From the human T2T-CHM13v2.0 reference genome, Homo sapiens, in NCBI RefSeq assembly GCF_009914755.1, contig NC_060936.1: a DNA stretch of 64,000 nt; one strand, given 5' to 3'. This document shows, one piece after another, positions 57,846 through 64,000 of this stretch. Each line of letters begins with the position of its first letter. Within the stretch, counting starts at the first letter, position 1. The notes below the pieces were generated by a model that saw nothing but the letters and a program-made list of their open reading frames with translations, ran no database searches and was not told the DNA's origin. Both the position numbers and the translations under genes were made by a program.

Positions 57846-57862
57846 TTAGAGCCCAAGAACTG

Positions 57863-57912
<50 letters not shown>

Positions 57913-58076
57913 AGAAGAATAATCTGCTATTTAAAATTAGAGCCCAAGAATTAATTGGCAAAAAAAAAAAAGAAGAAGAAGAAGAAGAAAAAAGAAGAAG
58001 AATCTGCTCTTTAAAATTAGAGCCCAAGAATTGGCAAAAAAAAAAAAAAAAAAAAAGAAGAATCTGTTATTTAAAA
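57846..58076. repeat. 3-unit tandem repeat with internal poly(A) (A46, A12, A21) inside a MER5 remnant
   Basis: ttagagcccaagaa..tggc(A)n..gaagaa..tctg.t.tttaaaa at 57846, 57937 and 58017. Confidence 0.95.
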
Positions 58077-59295
58077 GAGCATTCCCGGGTGGCCCTGATG
58101 ATGGAGAACTGGGGTGAGCATGCTTACAAAAAACACTAAGCGTTTGCTTAGATGAATCATGCACTGAAAAGCAATGAAAGACGTCATGGGAAAGGCTGGC
58201 AGGAAACTCATGAGTAGGGAGGAGCCAAGTCATGTCCCTGGCAGGACAGTCCTTCAGCCACTTTAGGGTGTCCCTGGAAGGGACAGTGACTAGATAGGCA
58301 TGGTGGAGTGTTGAGAACAACAGATCTCATTGGGAAAGCGTCTACTATGTGCCAGGTGGTTCCCTTGGGTTAACTCAATTCTTTCAACAACTCTTACATC
58401 TGTCCCCTCCCCATCAGAATGCAGCAGGGAGGAGCAGAGCTTGCCTACCAATGGGCGGGATGCTGGTGTCAGGGTTTGTGTTCTTGCCACTTCTTCGCAG
58501 AACCCGCATGAAGATCCGGGAGTTTGGGGCATGGAAAAACTGGGACACAGAGGGTGAACTGGGCTCAGAGTGGAGAAGGGACCCGTGGGTGTTCAAGGCC
58601 TCAAGACCCAAATAGGTCTGGAGGAAAAGAGCCTGGCTTTCCAGCCAGCTCTTGATCATGTTGACTGGCTGATTTCTCAAGAGTCCCAAGGGGAAGTTCT
58701 CAGATTTCCAATTCTAAGCAAGGGAATAATGGTTCTTAGTATCAAGGTCACATGACCCACTCTGCAGCGCACCTGTATCGGGATCCAGAGCCCGGTGCCT
58801 CAGTTCTTGCTGTGGTTTGGCAAAGAGATTCCTGCTACTTCAATTTTCACTGAATGGCCACCCCTGAGCATGCAGATGAGGCTTGATAAATTATAGCTGA
58901 ATTCCCCTGGTGCCCAAATCTTTTTTTTCCTCATTTACAGTACTTTAGCACTGACAGTAATAAAAGCAAAAATTGTCACAGGTAGACACTTTCTCCATTG
59001 AAAATGATTTAATCTTCCCAGCATTCCTGTGGTAATCATGTGAGAATTAATGCATATTTCACGGAAATTTCACATCTATCAAACGTTATACCCATTTTAG
59101 AGATGTGGAAATCAAGGCTCAGGAAGACTATATGATGTTTTTCCTCAAATTGTAAAGTTATAAGTAGAGGAGGCAGGATGTTAATGATACATTTAACCAC
59201 CGTGACATGAGCCTTTTTAGTTTCAAAACACTCACTCATGTATGATTTCGTTTGCACCTTACTTACAGCAACCTGTGGTTTGTTCAATGGTAAAG

Positions 59296-59478
59296 TCCTG
59301 GTTCTCAAAAGTGATTTCCAGACCAGCAGCATCCACAGCGCTTGAACTTGTTCAAAATGCAAATTTATCGGGCTCACTGCTAGACCCAATGACTCAGAAA
59401 TTTGCAGAAAGAGAGATTCAGAAATCTGCATTTTAACAAGCCCTCCAGGCTATTGTGATACAAACTCACAGTTGAGAA
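59296..59478. mobile_element. MER5A
   Basis: tggttctcaaaagtg...gaccagcagcatc...aatctgcattttaacaagccctccagg. Confidence 0.8.
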
Positions 59479-60269
59479 TGAGAGTGTAAGGAATTCTTTT
59501 TATAGATGAGGGAACAAACGGACAGAGAGGTCAAGCAGCCTGTCCAAGGTTGCAGAGGCAGTGGTTGCGGAGCTGGGCCTTAACCCCATTGTTTATGGTT
59601 TCTAATGAGAGACACCTGGGAGAAGCATTAAAATGCAGTTTCCCTTGTCCTCTCTAGACCGACTGACTCAAGATCTCCAGGGCTAGGGCCCCAACTTTGT
59701 CTTTCAGCAAACTTCCAGGTGAGTCTAGAGTTTTAGAATTCTTCCATAGTTCCTGTTGGACTATACTCGTGTAGTTATTTTCTCTTCCCACTGTCCAGTT
59801 TCCTTCTTTTCTTTCTCCCACATCCCTTCATTTTTTCCCCTTCTCCTATACTTTGGGCCTCTCTCCAAAACTAGCTAGTTGTTCATAACTAGTTTGTTGC
59901 AGAGAAACTAGAAGAAACCCAGGGTACCATGTCTTATACCTCTCCGTTTTTAAGCTGGTTAATAAAAAGTAATTAAAAGTCATCCACAAATATGTTTGTT
60001 GTTAGAATTTCAAACAGTGTAGAATTTTAGAGATTTTTAGAGAGTAAAAGCTGTTTTTCTTCTGATCCTTCCCAAAACCAGGCCACCCCCAATTACTGTT
60101 AATAGTTTAGTGTGTAACGTTCCAGACACCTACATTTTTTATTCGAATAAATATATGCAGATACACACTCAGAGGATAATTCAAAACAGAAATGGAACTA
60201 CACTATTCCTATTATACTGTGACGTGGCTCACTTATAGATATTTTATACATTCCTTTGTGTGATTTTGT

Positions 60270-60797
60270 TTGTTTTTTATTTATTTATCTTTTTTTAATT
60301 TTACTTTAAGTTCTGGGATACATGTGCAGAACATGCAAGTTTGTTACATAGGTATACACGTGCCATGGTGGTTTGCTGCACCTATCAACCCGTCATCTAG
60401 GTTTTTAAGTCCCGCATGCATTAGGTATTTGTCCTAATGCTCTCCCTCCCCTTGCCCCCCAACCCCTGACAGGCCCCCGTGTGTGATGTTCCCTTCCCTG
60501 TGTCCAGGTGTTCTCATTGTTTAACTCCCACTTATGAGTGAGAACATGCAGTGTTTGCTTTCTTGTTCCTGTATTAGTTTGCTGAGAACGATGGCTTCCC
60601 TGCAAAGGACATGAACCCATTCTTTGTTATGGCTGCATAATATTCCACGGTGTATATGTGCCACATTTTCTTTATCCAGTCTATCATTAATAGGCATTTG
60701 GGTTGATTCCAAGTCTTTGCTATTGTGAACAGTGGCTCAATAAACATATGTGTGCATGTGTCTTTATAGTAGAATGATTTATAATTTGGGTATATAA
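60270..60797 (-). mobile_element. L1PA7/8-like 3' end
   Basis: tactttaagttctgggatacatgtgcagaac...; antisense ORF2 C-terminus with small internal deletions. Confidence 0.9.
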
Positions 60798-60961
60798 TAC
60801 AAATAAATATAGCATATTCTTGCTAATGGTTATAGAGTATACCACTTTTGAAAGTATATGAATGAGTTGAATTAGTCACGAATAGATGGTCATTTTTGTA
60901 GCTTCCTATTTTTCACTATTGTAAACAGCATGACTCTAAATATGTGCTTGTACATATGCTT

Positions 60962-61284
<323 letters not shown>

Positions 61285-61725
61285 TAGTCTGAAAGGTGAA
61301 TTGCTTTGGAGAGAAAATACTGGGATTCAACCTTCTGTCCACTTGGCAATTTTCTTCCATTCTTTTCCAGTCAGAGATTTCTATGCCTAGGAGGGTAATT
61401 GACACAGAATGACAGCTACTATTTTCACTGCTGCTTTTCCTTTTTACCTGCTTCTGGGGAGTAAGGGAGAGTTGAAAACTAAAATGGATGTACTCTCTTG
61501 CCAAAGTGGGAAGATTGTCATGAAGGCCAGCTCAAGCTTCAAGACAAAAGCTACTAATAGTGCTCTTGACATCATTCTTAGAGAGAAAGAAGATGCGCTT
61601 ACTGATTGAAAAACTTGGCAGTTTTTAGCAACAAGGAAAGTTGGTGAATTTTCCCAGGTTAAGTGTGAAACATGACAGAGCTTGGGTGAGCTGCTCTGAC
61701 TCCTTATTCATTGTTGCTATTTTCT

Positions 61726-61853
61726 TTTTTTTTTTTCTTTTTTCAAATTATACTTTAAGTTCTGGGATACACGTGCAGAACATGCAGGTTTGTTACATAG
61801 GTATACATGTGCCTTGGTGGTTTGCTGAACTCACATCTGAACCGGTCATCTAC
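61726..61853 (-). mobile_element. Very short (128 bp) 5'-truncated L1PA insertion
   Basis: Perfect 18-bp TSD tcattgttgctattttct at 61708-61725 and 61854-61871. Confidence 0.93.
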
Positions 61854-62569
61854 TCATTGTTGCTATTTTCTATGAAGCCCCAACCCCCTGTGATTTCAGT
61901 ATAAACACCATACAGCCACCCACACCCCACCGGCTCCCTATGACTCAGTCACATGCTCATCCCCGAGTCATTAGAGAATGGAAATCATGAGCAAGATCTG
62001 GCTCACACCCAGGGAGTGACAAAGCATGTCCAGAAAATCAGGGATTCCCCTTCTGCCAAGGAGGCGCGAGTGGAGACAGCCAATTCTCCATGGTCAGGAG
62101 GGGGATGTTTCAAAGCTCCAGGCCTCTGAGGTTGGCAGAACTGCATGTTGTTTTGGGAAACTGTGCATTGCAGCAATTGTGAGAGAACAGAACTGTCTTC
62201 GAGGCAAGAGAAATAACAGAGCTGAAATAGACCATGCAATAATGGTGAACTGTAATCTCAGGTTTCATTGGTGCCATGATCTTAATTATAAATAGTATTT
62301 GAAACCCATTTTTCTCCCTCTTTAATGATAACAACTAAGTTTGTTAAGTAGTTACTCTGTTTTAGGCACTGTCCTAAGGGAATTAGAATACTATAAGTAT
62401 TTTGGACAACAATTTGATCCTCAGGACAACCCTTTTGATAGGATTATTGTGATCTTCACTGAAAATTGAAGAAACTGAGTCTCAGAGGCTAGACAAGGAC
62501 TTTGTTACACAGTTAAGAGAGTGTGAATCCCAGGCTTTGTGAAAGATTAAAATAAGCACAAAATAAATG

Positions 62570-63095
62570 CATGTTACAAATCATTACTGAAAAGGAGCAA
62601 ATGCATTTAACCTCAAAGTTAGCTCGCAGTTTCTGAACGTCAAGAATCTGGAAGCAGCTTAACTGCATGGTTCTGCTTCAGAGTCTCTCATGACATGGCA
62701 GTCAAGTAGTCAGATGGGCTGTCGTCTCATTTGAAGGCTTGACTGGGGGAAATTCATTTCAATGCTTATTCATGTGGCTGTTGGCAGGAAGTCTCAGATT
62801 CTCACTATGTAGGTCTCTCTTCAGGGCTGCTCCCAAAATAGCTCCCCCCACCTGCCCCCCACCCCGCCCCCCACCATGATCAGTTGAAAGACAGAGAGGA
62901 GAGAAGAGAGCAGGGAGGAGGGAGAAGGGAGGAAGAAAAAAGGAGAGCAGGAAAGGGGGGGATGGGGGAGAGATAATATACCTGCAATTTCTTTTGTTAT
63001 CTAATCTCAGAGGTGAAACACCATCACTTCCGCTGTATGCCATTGGTGAGACCAACCCTGGTATAATGTGGGAGGGAACTACACAAGGATAGGAC
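62570..63095 (-). mobile_element. MLT1F/G/H-like LTR
   Basis: caagaatctggaagcagctt...gtctctcatga...gaaggcttgactgggg...gggagggaactacacaagg. Confidence 0.7.
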
Positions 63096-63419
63096 TATTA
63101 GAAACTGGTTACCATAAGAATACATCTCTCCGCTAGAAAATCTTTGTGGTCTTCACGTGAAACAACACACCAAGGACCTAGTATCCTTTATTTTTTTCTC
63201 TCCATCCATCACTCCGACCAATGTCAAATATATACAATTGGAGGGAACATTTCTTGCCAAAGAATGAGGAGCTTCTATGTTGATTCTGCATGGGAATATC
63301 ACCCGATAAACTTTGTTCCTGTCAACTCAGTCTCCTTAACAAATAGGCAGGTAGCATTGTCTTCCCTTTTACCACCTTGAATCAAGGATGCTGGTTATTC
63401 TAACTCCAATTCCATCTCG

Positions 63420-63885
63420 AAGGTTAATTCTCTACCTTGCTCTGCCCTCTTTGTGATGCACACAGACTATGAAACTCATGTTCCCTTACCCCGGCTTTCA
63501 GTTGGGTTTGACCAATGATAAACACCAGCAGAAGACTGAGGGTGGCAAGAGAGAGAGCTTGGGTATCAATGCCTCTACTCCCTCTCTGCTTCTGTATTAT
63601 ATATCTGAAAGGGTTTGTGGCTCCCCATGTCTACATCACTCACTGGGTGACCTCACCTCCATGGCTCCAGCTTTCACTGGACTCCAAGGGTCCTTTTCCT
63701 CCCACTGCCCCTTGTGTTCCAGGGTTGGTGACAACTTCCTGCTGTTAGAAGTCCCTGATGGTGCTTCATCATCCATTTCTGGTTCTCCTAACTCAGCTCA
63801 CAATTCTGTAAATAGCCCTTATGGAAATGTCTCTCAGTTAAACAGCTGAACGAATTTTTTTTTTTTCTGCTGGGATCCTGGCTCC
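63420..63885. mobile_element. ERVL LTR (LTR33-like)
   Basis: ttcagttgggtttgaccaatg...caccagcagaagactgagg...gtaaatagccctt...ttctgctgggatcctg. Confidence 0.65.
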
Positions 63886-64000
63886 ATAGACAATGAAATG
63901 GGCTCTGACTCCCACACCTTTGTTTCTTCACACTTCAAGACGATCCTTTAAACATGTATAAGTGTACAGAAGGGCATAAGGCTCACTTTCGTAAACATGG

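Overview
Human-like (primate) genomic DNA, repeat-rich and apparently intergenic or deep intronic. I recognised no host protein-coding exon, tRNA, rRNA or snRNA, and I cannot name the locus. Main contents: a full-length but inactivated L1PA2/L1PA3-type LINE-1 (5468-11519) with ORF1 and ORF2 broken and antisense ORF0 still open; a full-length decayed Hsmar2 mariner (50438-51741) nested in an old L1, plus a solo Hsmar2 end; 14 Alu/FLAM/FRAM copies; and several older L1, L2, MIR, MaLR/ERVL LTR and hAT MITE remnants. There are also two long polypurine tracts and a few small tandem repeats. I see no convincing new biological system. The most interesting signals are retrotransposition and repair structures: a 15-nt 5' extension on the L1, a triple-TSD L1/unique/Alu composite at 38.7-39.7 kb, two 5'-inverted old L1s, an L1 fragment nested at its own homologous position, an 8-bp-spaced MER5 trimer and a poly(A)-containing VNTR. 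A CpG-rich 3x minisatellite and a few candidate regulatory or splice sites are also listed. Repeat subfamily names come from remembered consensus sequences and need RepeatMasker/Dfam confirmation. Boundaries of old repeats are approximate.
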